In this document: positions 38,100 to 53,160 of the stretch, one piece after another
How the letters are laid out: each line of letters begins with the position of its first letter
Numbering within the stretch: position 1 is the first letter of the stretch
Assembly (NCBI GenBank): GCA_964016885.1
Contig: OZ024740.1
Coordinates: 300,514,001 to 300,578,000, forward strand
From: Eledone cirrhosa
Lineage: Eukaryota
Direction of reading: 5' to 3'
Length of the DNA stretch: 64,000 nt
The notes under the pieces: generated by a model
The model's database searches: none
Seen by the model: the letters and a program-made list of their open reading frames with translations, nothing else
Told to the model about the DNA's origin: nothing
Program-made: the position numbers and the translations under genes

Positions 38100-39545
38100 A
38101 TATGCATATATATAATTTAAATTGATGCACATAGCACCCCAGTCATTAACAATAAACGTTACGTAAACCTCATTACAATATTTATCATTCCTCCTTAGGT
38201 AATTAAAAACATCCACTTACATAATAACAATTAGAGCACGCATAAATGTTTCTCGTCATATTAGAATGTACAAGTAAAATCTACTTTGTGTTTTAATTTT
38301 TTATCTCTTAGCCGATAGATGTCTGTCTGTAAATGCAAAATGCAATTTCATTCACCTTTAAGTATTCATTCTATAGTTTTCCTATATCTCTCCTCTGCGA
38401 GATTTCAAATTTAATGGGGTGCAGCCGTTGGAAATATATTCAGATTCATAATTTTAAAAATACTGTAAAAATAGTTTCTCAGAAAGAAGGCAATATATAT
38501 ATAGGACCATTAACGATTTCTATAAAAGAAATTAAATTTTAAAAATGATACTAACTTCAAATTTCAGATGAGATAAATTTTTCAGATTCTATCTTCAAGG
38601 ATGTGAGATTAGAAAAAAATTAAATTAGTTAACACGAAAAAGGTTCGATATGGAAAGAAAACGGTAATTTTGAATGAGATAGTGTGAGGGGTCAAGCAAA
38701 TATGAGAACAGTTGGATAAAATAGATCAGATGCAATATGGACATGCTAGATTGGGTGTTCGTCAACGGATGATGGTGCATTTGTTGATACATGACATTTT
38801 ACTGATGGAATCAATAACAAGTGTGATACTCCCCAAACCTACCCCATCTATGTCTAACAAGGAACATTGGTGTGGATAGATTGACCAATTAAATCGAAAA
38901 TTATTTAAATATAATTCAACACTGATATATTTAATTCGGAATTTCATTTTATAAAGTGTTGATTGATTATAGGGGAAGGGTTAAGCATGAAATCGTCTAC
39001 ATATTAAACATCCGTTTCATTCCGTAAATATATATTGATATACAAGTAATACACCGGTCAGTTGATTTTAAGAATGTATCGATTCCAGGACATATTACTT
39101 ATGGATGTATTATCGGCATTCATATAAATACATATCTCTTGACTGTTGTAACAACTCACGGTTCACAGAAGTAGATGTGCTGTGTCAACGTGCAAGGCAT
39201 CATTAGTCTTCGTAATTGGGGTGCGGATATTAGTATTGTAAATATGTTCGAATGTATATGTACGAGTATGTGACAATTTCCATGAGCAAATACACGGACA
39301 CACATATCACTCCCCATATATATATTCATACACGTACACACACACACATTTAAACACACACGCACACACGACACACGCGCACACACACACATATATATTG
39401 TTATACGTTGAAAATTCATAATAGATTGAAGTGAAAATCAATAGATCGGTGTGATTTTTATTGACAGCTTGACACTTCCAAATTATAAAAATGGCTGTTT
39501 CAACACAAATTTTCCGATAAGATAAAAACTCTTGCACAAGACGTA

Positions 39546-39580
<35 letters not shown>

Positions 39581-39628
39581 GTAATTATAACTGTTAAGAC
39601 TAAAATCCGAAAAGCTTTCGTTAAGGAT

Positions 39629-39663
<35 letters not shown>

Positions 39664-40714
39664 TGTTATACTTTGGGAGGGTCATGTTGCCAATAATATA
39701 TATATATTTAGAACTACAAGTGAAGTCATTATTTTCCTTTTTTTCAAGGATCTAACACATTTTCCAATATATATATATATATATACATATATATAAAATC
39801 CCGTAAAGCAAATATTTATTATAAGAACAGATTAAAGTTTAAGGAAAGAATCAAAGCGTTCACTCTTGAGGGGATCTTCTGAAACCGACAAAAAAACATA
39901 AAAAACAATGTGAGGATGCACAAGTAAAAACATTTTTTAAAAATGTTACAGCCGAAGGAAAACAGGAAGGCGACACGTAGGTACGTGAAGACGTTTTCCG
40001 AAGATGGACGAAAAATGCGAGGATAATTATGTCGTTAAGTGGGGCGGGAAGAACAATTTCTTGCAAAGACAAAAACATATTTATGCTATAAATGAAATCA
40101 GTGGACTAATATTCTATTTAGAATAACCGAATGATTTCCATCTCCGGAGTTTGAGAGGTCACGGAATGTGTGACGAGGAAGCTTTGGCAATATATGAATA
40201 AACTTCCGGTTGTCGAAGCAACAACTCGGAAACCTATGATAAATTAAAGTGAAAACCAACAGGAGCGTGTGTTTTTCATTTGCAGCACGACCCTCTCACT
40301 CAAAGTATAACAATAGTAAATAATATTATTAAACGAAAATGAAAAAGTTATTTATAATAGTAAAAGCAAATAATGATCACACACACACACACACACACAA
40401 ATATATATATATATATGTATACAGACACACACACATACATACACAATACACACATGCGTGGACTTATACATATACATAGAAAAATACACGCAAGAATACG
40501 TATTTAATATATGCACGCACGTGTATATATGTACATATAAACACTCGTAGATTTTCGGTAAGCGCATGCTCATACACGCACATATGCGCACTCCTACTTA
40601 CAAAGAGTAATGAATACACCTATACACAAACACATTATATATGCAAACGTATATATATATACTCATATACATACAAAATCACACATACATATAGTAACAC
40701 ACACACACACACTC

Positions 40715-40745
<31 letters not shown>

Positions 40746-40764
40746 CGTACATATATACATATAA

Positions 40765-40945
40765 TAATTGTTTCTAAGTTTGGCACAAGGCCAGCAATTT
40801 ACCCCCAGTGTATTACTAGTACTTTATTTTATCGACGCCGAAAGGATGAAAGGCAAAGTTAACGTCGGCGGGATTTGAACTCACACCATAAAGGGCCGTA
40901 ACTATTTGCTGCAAAGCATGGCGTCCGACTCTCTACCGATACACC
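40765..40945 (-). mobile_element. tRNA-derived SINE
   Basis: GTACTTTATTTTATCGAC...GGATGAAAGGCAAAGTT...GGGATTTGAACTCA. Confidence 0.85.
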
Positions 40946-41375
40946 TATTAACATATAATAATACTGATATAATGGAAACAAAAGACTATGTGATATTTGC
41001 GTCGCTAAAGGCCTGGAATGACTCTACGCCAAAGTACAAATCTTAAATAAAATATCCGAGGCAATTTTGGCTTGTAAACATAAACTTTCTATTATTATAG
41101 CCGTGCATTATATCGTAACGGATAGTACGGACAATATGCAGATGATATACGTTATGATGTGGTATCTAAGTACATTTTAATTTATACCGTTATTTATTTG
41201 TATATGAAGGTACAACTTATCCATATGTTTGTGTATGTGCCTATACGTATAATATATATGTGTGCTTTTTAAAAAAAAATATATATATATATGTATGTAT
41301 ATATGTGTGCATGTATGTGTGCATGTATATATGTAGACATGTATGCGTGTATGTGTGCATAGATGTACTTATGTA

Positions 41376-41414
<39 letters not shown>

Positions 41415-41444
41415 ATACATAGGATATATAGGACTAATATATAT

Positions 41445-43012
41445 ATTTCTGAACTAGATTAGAATTTTTAGCGTGGTAAATAAATAGCCGAAATTTTCAA
41501 GGGGTAATTCCTTATATGGGAAGATTGTAGTTGTCAAGACGATTGGTCAAAATTTCTTGTAAACACAATTAAGTCCATCATAGCAGTGGGAGGGAGGTGG
41601 GGCTGGCTGAACTTGCCTCATTGTGAGGGAGTGGGTCGAGCTGGTCAAGCGTTGAAAGTGAAATCTATGAGGCAAATTCTAAGGATTGTGTATGAAACTA
41701 GGCCAGGGGAAGTAGGTAAAAAAAGATTCTGGAGAAAATAGAGAAGGGACGTTATAGAATAAGTAAATCAGTTGAGATTAGGAGTTAATAAATAAATAAG
41801 AAGAAACTATATAAAAATATAAAATTGGATAGTAAGAAGTGATAAAATAACTGTAGAGTCTAAACACGCTGCTATATTTAGTTGGGGTTGCGTTTTCGGC
41901 CAATGCTATAGAATAGGTTAATAAGTTGAGAATAGAAGATACTAAATAAATAACATTTTTCGAAATTATAGAATTGGGTAGTAAGTAGTAATACAAAATA
42001 TCTGGGGGTCTAAAACAGCTGCAATAATTAGTTTGTATTGCGTTTACGGCCAATGCTATCTTCAATTTACTGGGGTGGGGGTACTGAAGCTACAGAGGCC
42101 CGATGTGCTGCCTCGGGGTAGGCGAAAAGGGCAAAAGGAAGAGGAAGGAGATATGGAGTGGAAGGAAGTGATAGAAGGAGACAAAGGGAAGAAGAAAACA
42201 GAAAGGAAAAGAAAAGAGCTACATCTACCTATGTAGGGCTGGGCTATCTTATTCGGCAAGTGGGATGTTGCAGCCATTGTCTACCCACCCGGGTCATTAG
42301 GGGGTTTCAGGGCGAGGTAAGTCCTACACAATCAGTGTTTGCATGCAGGTACCAGTTCGTCTTTTTTGTTTAGGAGTTGGTCCTTCGTAAACACCATTTG
42401 TAATCTTTCGTCCGAGCATAAGTTACACGGACGGCGTCCTCCGTGTAGGAGTTAGCCCTGGGCAGTAAGCTCCAAATAAGCTTGTATGTTATGTGATTAT
42501 CTTGGAGGTCCCAGATGTGGCCCGAAAGTGTAGTGGCATTCGCCGGGCCGGGTTTCGGAACGTATGTCGGTGTTGTTAGAGCCGGGTCTTGAATATAAGC
42601 TTTGTTGGAGGTGTCCGTCCTCACGTTGCACTGGTAGATCACGTTACGTTCACAGCATCTGTTGTTGAGGGGGCACATAGATCTATCAGGGCAGTTACAC
42701 CTCCTAGTCGGCTCTCCACTAATGTCTAGGTTGTTTCTTCCATAGAGGTTGAGTTTTTTGTTGTTTGAGGAGTCGATGTTCTGTGCGAAGTTGGGTGTGA
42801 TTATGTAGGAGAGTTTGATAGTGCTTTTGTTGATTATGTTGTGGTAGCGGAGTGGTGGTAGGAAGTGTTTTTCGAGGAGCCTAAATAAGATGTTCCCGAT
42901 AGGGAAAATGAATTAACTGCCGTCGGGGTCATACATTTTCCTCTTACCCACTCTACTACCCTAGTACTCTGGTATGTTATGGTCCATCTGGTTCCTTACC
43001 ACAACACCTTCG

Positions 43013-43015
<3 letters not shown>
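41445..43015 (-). mobile_element. Diverged family-A PLE: GIY-YIG remnant (approx. 42275-42900), 3'UTR, 5' half of the hammerhead (41455-41506) and inverted tail (42915-43015)
   Basis: IGNILFRLLEKHF...NIINKSTIKLSY, CNC...CPLNNRCCERNVIYQCNVRTDTSNKAYI. Minus strand ACCCC UUGAAAA UUUCGGCUAUUU. Plus-strand CUGCCGUCGGGGUC and tail. Confidence 0.88.
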
Positions 43016-43042
<27 letters not shown>

Positions 43043-43055
<13 letters not shown>

Positions 43056-43750
43056 TATTATTTTGACGCTATACTCACTTATATACTATGGAATGCTGTT
43101 CACTTTTCGCTGCAGTGTTTTCTATACCTTTCATTTATATATTTATACTCGGATTTTTCCTCGAGTGCTTAAATTATTTGTGACAAATCCCGGTTTTTTT
43201 ATAAAAAACTGCGATAATATTGCATTTTGTAGAGTTTTTTTTCGGAATGTTTTTGACTGTTGTTTCTTGTAAACAAACTTTCGTCGCATTCTGACGTCAA
43301 TAGCCATTTTTTCCTCGTGTGCGTTTTTCGTGATCACGCATGATGTTGGACTGGCCAGCTTTAGAATTCAATTTTTGGTATATTAATCTGCGAGAATCCT
43401 GGTTATCGAGTTGAGCTCTGCTGATGATGAGTCCCAACCGTGACCATCTCCGCTGAAAGTTTTCATGAAATAGTCTTACGACTATACAGAGCATTTGAAG
43501 TTTTTCCAAATTGAAGGATAGGTATCTTGAACTTTATTTTATCATGAGTTAAGGCTCTATTGATTTTTCCCTGGATTTCACTAAATTCTGTGGATGAATT
43601 TATATCCTGATTCTCTTTAATATGAGTTTAAATTATTTTCCCCACATCTTACGTTAACTATTATTCCCATCTTGACGCTATAGTCACTTATATACTATGG
43701 AATGCTGTTCGCTTTTCGCTGCAGTGTTTTCTATACCTTTCATTTATATA
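43043..43750 (+). repeat. Insert with ~78-bp direct terminal repeats
   Basis: TTGACGCTATA(C/G)TCACTTATATACTATGGAATGCTG...CCTTTCATTTATA at approx. 43063-43140 and 43672-43749. Confidence 0.7.
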
Positions 43751-44377
43751 TATATATATATATATATATATGATAATAATGGAGCTGCGGCGCTGCAAAT
43801 GGGTTACATATGAAAAAGTTTGTCCTCATCAGTGGCCTTCCAGCCGTCGTAGGCATTTCGTCGCATTAAAGGCCATATACCTCAGGTTGGTGCGAGCAAC
43901 GGCTAAATAAGTCGTCGGTACACGTAAATAAGGGGCACGCTAGGGTAAACAAACAAAATGGTTTAAGCAACAGAAAGTGATGAAGAAGAAACAAGTCCCA
44001 GATTTCTATGAATATAAATTCGGTGGAATCGTGAACGAGAGAATAAAGACCATCAAACCTGGTTGAAATGTGAGCAAGGAAGGAATTTCGCACAGGTCTA
44101 ACGGGAGGAAGAAGGGGTCTGGTCTGCGAATTCGGTAAACATAAGTTCTGTGAAGTCGCAGACGAGAGAGAGAGAAAAAAAATTCATACCGGCTTGGCCA
44201 AGTGCCCGCGAGAAAAGGATTACAGACAGGTCAAACGGGGAGAAGGGGGAGGAGGAGAGGTAGTGAAAGAGAGTGAGTGAGTGAAAGGTGAGGAAGAGGC
44301 TAACAGAGAGAGAGAAAGACTGCTGGAAAGGGTAAAGACACAACGAACGAAACAGACTTATATATATATATATATAT

Positions 44378-45029
<652 letters not shown>

Positions 45030-45974
45030 ATATATGTGTGCATATATAGTGTGTTTATTACCATTTACAAGTAGGAGTTTGCACATATGTGTGTATGAGC
45101 AAGCTCTTACCGAACATCTACGAGTGGTTATATGCGCCTATACACGTTTGTGCGTAAATTAAATGCGTATTCGTGCGTATATATATATATATTTATATAC
45201 ATATATATATATATATGTATGTATGTACGCACATTATATGTAAGTGTGTGTGTATATGTGTATATTCATTATTATCTATTTTTGTCATTTTTTTAATTAC
45301 AATTCTAGTTACATTTACCTCCAACTCTGGAGCTGGAAATCACTCGGTTATTCTAAATTGAATATTAAACCTCATCCGTAAATTCGAATGAACAGCAGCC
45401 GTTTGAGGAAGGAGAATCACATGTTGGGGTGGCTTTTGAAGCCTGTATCACTTGCCAATCTTCGTGGAATTGCCTTTATCAATTTCTCCGAAACACCGTT
45501 CTGACCTAGATGTAGAGGATGTTACCGTCTACGATTTCTTTCTTTCTTTGTCTAGTAACCCTTGCTATTTCTTTCCTTTACCGCTCATTTATGGCATGTG
45601 TAGTGATTCCCAATACTGGTCTCTTTTTTCTGTATGTTTACCCAGTTTATATTTATCTAGGCCTTACTAGAAAAAGGTTTATCTAGTCTATAATTCAAAC
45701 CAAAACATTTTTCAATCATTACGTCACGTTTCATGTTCTCGTCTATTCTCTCTCTATGTATATATACATATATATAGTCCAGTACAAATCTGCTCCAGAA
45801 CGTAAGAGAGATCAAAATTGTGACCGAAACTTTCGGCGACATACGAAACGATAGGTTACCGTTTTTTACACCTACCTGTATTACTACATATATTCATACA
45901 CACACATATATACAATATATACATATATGTATATATAGAAAGATTTGAATGGATACAGTTTAGTTGAAAGGAAT

Positions 45975-46094
45975 TTATTGACACGTGTTTCTATAACAGT
46001 TACATAACCTAAAACAGCTGCTATCTACAAACTTTTAGTTATGCAGACATTCAATGTTTCAATGTTATTATTTACTGTCATTTCATCAGAATAA
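45975..46094 (-). ncRNA. Type I hammerhead, canonical core, ~90-nt stem II (family F)
   Basis: UUAUU CUGAUGA A AUGACAGU...ACUGUUAU A GAAA CACGUG UC AAUAA. Confidence 0.82.
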
Positions 46095-46668
46095 TATTAC
46101 TGAGGACCTATTTAGTTTTTATAGAGAATATTAGGAGGGAGTGGTGAAGTTGTTAGGAGAATAGTTGAAGGAGTGGTTTTTCGATAGCAGTAAGAATTCT
46201 TGGTGGCAGTGAGTAATTAGATTCCCATCTGTTGTTTTGACATTTTTTATAGAATATATTATTGGTTATTTTTCTAAATCTATAGAAGGATTAGAGATAG
46301 TGTATATGCGTGGTTGGTTTTGTGTTTGCACTTAATTAACATTCAGACTTAAATTTTTCTTTCAAGTGTACGTATCCTTTCACCCACGCATTCACACACA
46401 AATATATTTGCACACCTCTACAAAATACATATACTCACAATTCACATATTCATACTTACATATATATACACATGCATACACATATATATACACACATGTA
46501 TTCATGTACATACATACGCGCTCATGTGTATACATTTTCATACTCAACTTATCTTTATATACACACGTATAGACACACACACATATATACATACATACTC
46601 TAGTCCATGTGTACACACATACACATACATACACATCTATATACACATATATACATACATATATATAT

Positions 46669-46771
<103 letters not shown>

Positions 46772-47328
46772 AGCACTTTAATACATGAATACAGTTACAT
46801 CTAACTATACACATCAAACATATCTATATATTTACTTATTTATATACATTTTCACATATATATACATACTTATGGACGTTTTTAGACACATTCATTATCG
46901 CATATTTGCACCTATTCTCATCAGCATATCTTTCCATTATTAGTGTGGTAATTTAAGGTTATTAATATATGTTGAGAAGAGATTGTTTTCATATTTTTCT
47001 AACTAGATTAAGGTTTATATAGTTGGGGGATGTCCCTCTTTTATGTAATATTCGGCTTGTAGTGGGAAAAAAGGGTTTTAGTTCTGTGACGGCAGAATAA
47101 TGTTCGTTCAATTCTGTTATTCAGCAGTTTCTTCTTGTGTGTGATTATGTAATAAATCTCAAGATTACACAATTTGCAGAAATTTTGGCTCCTGGAAAAG
47201 CTTTGGGTTTTAGCTAATTTCTCCCATTTTAGGGTAAACTTTTGATCGTATATATATATATATATATATATAAATCAGGAAAGAAGAGTGACACGGTTTG
47301 CTATACAAAAAAGGTTTTTAATCTCATT

Positions 47329-47435
47329 GCTGACAATTATTTCTCTGAACTGGTAGGTCTAGAGATCGCTATCCTGCTTGTTTTCGCGTCACTCGATCGC
47401 CAATACAAAATTATAACCAGTCAGTTCATCGGAGC
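47329..47435 (-). ncRNA. Hammerhead, C4 variant, long stem II (family E)
   Basis: GCU CCGAUGA A CUGA CUGGU...ACCAG U UCAG A GAAA UAAUUG UC AGC. Confidence 0.68.
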
Positions 47436-48258
47436 TTGCGAGAATGAAGAGAATATACAGGCATGAAAGGAATATACAGGCTACTATATGAAGTAGTAAT
47501 GGAATTCAGTTAGAACAATAACAACAATATCAACAATGCTAGCAATAAAATATTTGAAATAATCACATCATTCTAGGTGGGGAGTATAGTATATCTATGA
47601 TTTTAGCGTGTAAAACTAGCTGACATGAAGCAGATGTATAAAATTGACATGTAAAGACTGACTTAGGGTGTATTATATCAAGTGTAAAGATAAGCTGGTG
47701 TTTATAAACAATGTAGGTCAGGTGGCCATAATATTCGGTTTTTATCGGACCGATGAAGTATTTATCACTGTAGTAGAATTTGTGTGGTCTATATTAGATG
47801 AGAGGTCAGTCTGTCTTTCCCATCCTCAATAACATACATGTATAGGACAACACTGTCAAAGCTATATAATGGGCAAGTTAATACACAGGTTAAGGAGGTA
47901 ATATATATATATATATATATACATATATATACACACGCACATGCACACAAACATACATACACATCCACACACACTCATACAAACACATACATACATACAA
48001 AGAGAAAACATGCTGACTATAATTATGGCAAGAGGAAGGTAAAGTTCCATTGTAGTAGTATTTTGAAATGTTCTTGGATTTAGGATCAAGCGATGACAGC
48101 AGCTGAGAAGAAATAAGTTTATGGGGGATGAGGTACTTACAGACAGTTGTGTGGTATAGTACTAAGAAGTCTTGAATGTACTTAATGAGTATATTTCTGT
48201 GGTGATTCGTGCAGTGTAGTGGGTATCCTAGTTGAAAGCTATGTTATGTCGGTTCGAT

Positions 48259-48739
48259 TCATGGAGGTTTAAATCTTATGAATTTAGTGGCAATTCTGTG
48301 TCTGCAGAAGATAAATCTTTCTAATTTGTTGTTAAGTAGCTTTTTTACATTTTTAAGGATATACAGTAGTTCTAGATCATATAGCCCACAGTGGGACATA
48401 CATGTACTGTAGGTTTTAGCAGCCGACAACCTCGACCAGTTGATACTGTAGCTAGTGTTGTTGACCTTCAGTTCCCATATTTTTTTGGCGAGGGTTGTAG
48501 AACCCATAAGTGCACGATTTTTCATCGAGTGCCTGTGCACATACCATCTTTTTTTAAAAGAACCCGCGGTGGATCCAATGTAATGCCAGGTGGAGTTGTC
48601 TGAGTGGACCGTACACATGTACGCTAGGCTCGAATCGAGACATCTATTCGCCAATGGGCACCTATCCGGTAGGTGACAGTTACAGTTTGAGGTGTTATTT
48701 CGTGCAGCTTCTACACTGCTGTTTAGTACTTTGCTATAA
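48259..48739 (-). pseudogene. PLE linker plus GIY-YIG endonuclease (open frame, 5'-truncated)
   Basis: NCNCHLPDRCPLANRCLDSSLAYMCTV...HYIGSTAGSFKKRWYVHRHSM...TTLAKKIWELK...LLNNKLER..CRHR. The ORF-track N-terminus upstream of 48740 derives from the inverted pLTR. Confidence 0.9.
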
Positions 48740-48870
48740 GTGATTATTTCAAATATTTTATTGCTAGCATTGTTGATATTGTTGTTATTGTTATAACTGA
48801 ATGCCATTACTACTTCATATAGTAGCCTGTATATTCCTTTCATGCCTGTATATTCTCTTCATTCTCGCAA

Positions 48871-48976
48871 GCTCCGATGAATTGACTGGTTATAATTTTG
48901 TATTGGCGATCGAGTAACGCGAAAACAAGCGGATAGCGATCTCTAGACCTACCAGTTCATAGAAACAATTGTCAGC
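48871..48976 (+). ncRNA. Hammerhead, C4 variant, long stem II (family E)
   Basis: GCU CCGAUGA AUUGACUGGU...ACCAGUUCAUA GAAA CAAUUG UC AGC. Confidence 0.7.
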
Positions 48977-49199
48977 AATGAGATTAAAAACCTTTTTTGT
49001 ATAGCAAACCGTGCCACTCTTCTTTCCTGATTTATTATTACTCCAAGTGTCTACAACATAGGAATTACAGCGTACTCGCAGCATCACTATGAAAACGCCT
49101 TATTGAGTCAAACTTAGCCAAGCGTTGATATCATCCACCACCCGGAATACCATAACTGGACTACACCTAAGTGGACTGCATATAACTATTTGTTACCCC

Positions 49200-49283
<84 letters not shown>

Positions 49284-50389
49284 TCATATGTATGTAAGTA
49301 AAATATATCATATGTACTATATGCCGAGTGCACATGTAAGTATAGTTCCTAACCTTGTCAAAATCAATGGAGACGTTGAAATAACAGTATAACACTAATT
49401 ATGTAACATTCTGAAAGAGTATGTCGTCCAGTGCTACTATTTTATGTTTTATTCAATAGAGCCAAACATTTGAAACCAGAAACTTACAAGAGACAATGAA
49501 AACTCAGAATCAATAATAATTCTCAATGAAATAGCGATATGAATAGAAAAGAATACCTGGATTTAAGCTGATTGATTTTACTATCACAACATAATTCATA
49601 TATTCAACAGAAAAATTCGATTTACTTCTATCAAGCTTTAGTGCAATGCTGCCATTGCACTTCCAAATGTTGTTCCTTTGATTGTACTTCATTTTTACAT
49701 TATTGACCAATTTGTGCAAGAGAATTTAAGTTTGGTCAGACGCTAGTTGTATTGTAAGCATTTAATTGTTCTCAGAGCAAATCTAAAAGAAATAATAACA
49801 TTATTAATAATCTATTCACTATTATTTGACAGCAGGGCCAATTTTCTCACAGAGAATGTGTTACACAGATTGGCAAAACAAGTGGATATGCACCCATATA
49901 GTTAGTTAAAACTCGCGTTCTGTAGCAACAGCTATATTCTGTATAAAAATTCAAATGATAGCTCAACAGCAACATAAGGTTTGCTTCAGAACACTCGTCG
50001 ATTCCAACTTCCCTCACACACAGTTACTAAAATCTCTTAATGTCGAAAGTAGTGTTTTTTTTTTCGACATTGTATTTAACTAATGTGTGTCATGTTCTCT
50101 AGGACTAGGAATTTATATATATTTCTTGATAAAAAAAAAACATGTCACTTTGCTTCTGATCCCATATCTGCGTCCCTCGTCTCATCTCGTCCCAACACAT
50201 CAGATATTTCTGATGAAACATTATGTCTTTGTTTTCGATTATTGAATTTAGTCTTTGTTTGCTCACTCTTTTGTGTATTTACTTTCATTTTTGTTTTATT
50301 TTTGTGTCTGCATCTGTGTGTTCCCCTTTACTAGCACTTCTTATCTGATCACGGATCATGGACACACGTCAATAGAACAGTATTACTTA

Positions 50390-50564
50390 GGCAGTATGGG
50401 TAGAGGGTCGGACATCATGCTTTGACGCATAGAGTTACGGCCCTTGTCATTCTGAGTTCAAATCCCGCCGAGGTTAACTTTACCTCTCATCCTTACGGGG
50501 TCGATAAAATAAAGTACCAGTAATGCACTGGTTAATTGCTGGCCATGTGTCTAAACTAGAAACA
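50390..50564 (+). mobile_element. tRNA-derived SINE with TSD
   Basis: B box GAGTTCAAATCCC and core motif. AGTATTACTTAGGCAGT duplicated at 50379-50395 and 50565-50581. Confidence 0.9.
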
Positions 50565-51121
50565 AGTATTACTTAGGCAGTTAGAACATTGTGATGTTTC
50601 CACTATTCCAACTGTTATAAACGATATCAACATCAAACTCCTGCCTCACAAATCGATGGTTGCAGAATGACAGAATTTTGAAACTGTCGAACAAAATGCT
50701 TTGTCCTATTTTTCAACGGGCCTTTACATTTTGAAATCAAATTTCATATGTTTTATTATAATTGTTATGGATAAAAACACTCCATACCGACGTGTAGCTA
50801 AAATGAACTAGGTGAAAAACAAATCAGAACCAAAATGAATCGTCAGGCAGACGGTTGTAGTCTCTCGTTGGAGGTTCGGAAATATGACTGGTGTATACAC
50901 TGGGTTTTACCTTGTTTTGTACAGATAGAGAAAACAGGTTTGTCAAACCATTATAACAATAACCGATTAACCTCTACAACTATGGTTGGCCCAATACCAA
51001 AATAAAATAATTATGGATAACTTTCTTACCAGGGCAGACAAATTGTCATATTATAATGCCCTTTATATCATATTTTCAAATCCTACCGATATCAATCTTC
51101 TGGCAGCTTGCAAATTTGTTT

Positions 51122-51217
51122 GAAGAAGAAGAAGAAGAAGAAGAAGAAGAAGAAGAAGAAGAAGAAGAAGAAGAAGAAGAAGAAGAAGAAGAAGAAGAAG
51201 AAGAAGAAGAAGAAGAA
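51122..51217. repeat. (GAA)n trinucleotide microsatellite
   Basis: Pure GAA run of about 32 units. Confidence 0.95.
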
Positions 51218-53080
51218 TGTTTACATACACATTTCGACCAGCTTGATGGAACAGAAGTCCTTTGAATGAGAAGTTATTAAAATAGTTAGGGCAGTCAACA
51301 ACTGATTTTGAGTAAGAAATACAATATGAAAGTTAATATGATTATGTATGGTTTAAACCATTAGGTGTTTTAAAATGAAACAATTTATTGTAATAACAAA
51401 CATGCACTCTATAAAATATAACCTAGTTTATTTTTTGCTATATTAACGGTTTTCAATTGGTGGATTTATTGCTTATGTTTGCTGCTATTTCTTCACGTGA
51501 CGATAAAGATCAAGTTTACTATTGTGGAATATAGTCATTCAGATAGCAATCGCTGGGGAAATATATATCTGAGAATTTGCTGTGTACGTAACGGTATTTG
51601 AAATAATCAAACAGATCAAAATATGAATAAAAAATTGTAATTTTAAACGAATCGAATTTGAATTTTCGATACTTGATAGCATCATTTAAATTCAAAATGT
51701 GAAATATGTATTGGATAGCCCGTATCATATATGAATATATTTTACATTTAATTAATAATTACATAGATAATAAATTAAAGAAGATCTGCCATTTTTTACT
51801 CGGAATGCATTCCTTGATGCGCGTTTAGAATTTTCTCAATTAATATCCATTATCTCTATTAATGATATAGAATCTAATCTTCAAATTTTATTAACTGTTT
51901 GGCACAAAGCAATTATTACGTTGCACCTCTAGTTGCGAATATAGCACAGGCACTATCGTCAGTGAGAAGTCATTTTAATAGCATCTGTCATACGAGGGAA
52001 GGAAGTACTTGACAAAATTGCCACTAAACAATTAACGAGTTTCTCGTATATTGGTTTTAATTCAAGATGGCTTTTTCTATGATAGAATCAATAGCAGCTA
52101 TTTACAATTTTTGATCTAATAAGAATACAATTAACGAGCAAATGGATTTATCTATTAGGATAGAAGCATTTCATTTGAAGCTCTAAAAATTGTGAACTTG
52201 TGTGTTAATGTGTGTTAATGACCTCAAAATTGTGTGATTTCATAATGATTTTATATTGAATATTTAAAAAGATTAAATACTTGGATTTTACGATTGTAAG
52301 CTGCGTGAAAATGGTTAGTCACCTGATGCACAGAATATAATAATCAACAGGATTGGGGTTACAATTCTTTTCTGAAGTATATTGAAAAATACGATGGGAA
52401 TTTGAAAAAAAAAATGTGGTGTAATAATATACAACGCTGTAATTGAAACAAAATAGGATATCATATGTCTATAGATATTTAATTGATAAAATATTTTCTA
52501 TACACTAACCCATTGAACATTATTTAATCGCTTCTGCAGCTAATGTTAAAACACTTCCACTAATTGAAACACCAAAGTTTTCTAGAAAAAGAGAAACAAA
52601 AAGTTACTTAAATAAAGACAGACCAAAATGTTAAAATTTTTCCTTCACAAGATTTTAAGATTTATTGTTTATATAATTTTGTCGCTTTCAGCTTCATTGG
52701 CAGAAAAACAGATTTAGTATGAAATTTATATTTTAAATTTTAACTTTATTCAGCCATTTATTTTACATCTTATTTACTTTTTTTCGTGTTTTCCATGTTT
52801 TATATCTTTGTGATTGTAAATATATGTGTATTTTTTCACCTCACCCGTAATATATTTTAAATAAATTCATCGACATTTTGTGACACGTCTAAGAAAGAAA
52901 AAAAATAAAAGTTTATAGATTTATTAACCTTTACTTAGGAATAATTTCAACAGTAAGACTTGCCATGAGAAATAAATAATAAAACGAATTATAGAAAGAA
53001 GGGTAGACACATAGACATACAGACGATTGTGTTTGTGTACTTTGCTTAATAGTGTGTAAACATATATCGGTAAAGAATAT

Positions 53081-53160
<80 letters not shown>

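Larger units (their letters stand above)
47272..49200 (-). mobile_element. PLE (Neptune-like), 5'-truncated, with inverted pLTR (47272-47566 vs 48740-49035)
   Basis: GIY-YIG ORF on minus. Inverted ~295-bp arms each carry a hammerhead. (TA)n flanks. Confidence 0.88.

Noticed and set aside
39153-39230. Possible minus-strand exon ending at a GTGAGT donor
   Set aside because: No recognisable protein, acceptor site or partner exons, so unsupported without RNA-seq.
40145-40200. Hammerhead-like UUGAGAG GUCAC...GUGAC GAGG AAGCUU
   Set aside because: At least three core mismatches and no valid cleavage triplet or stem I.
48740-48843. N-terminal 35 aa of the 194-aa ORF as the start of a stand-alone nuclease gene
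   Set aside because: This segment is the inverted pLTR joined to a truncated GIY-YIG frame, so the ATG is fortuitous.
50390-50470. tRNA gene (A and B boxes)
   Set aside because: No cloverleaf. It continues into the SINE core and tail and has a TSD.
51056-51265. Poly-Glu ORF
   Set aside because: A pure (GAA)n microsatellite with no supporting flanking coding sequence.
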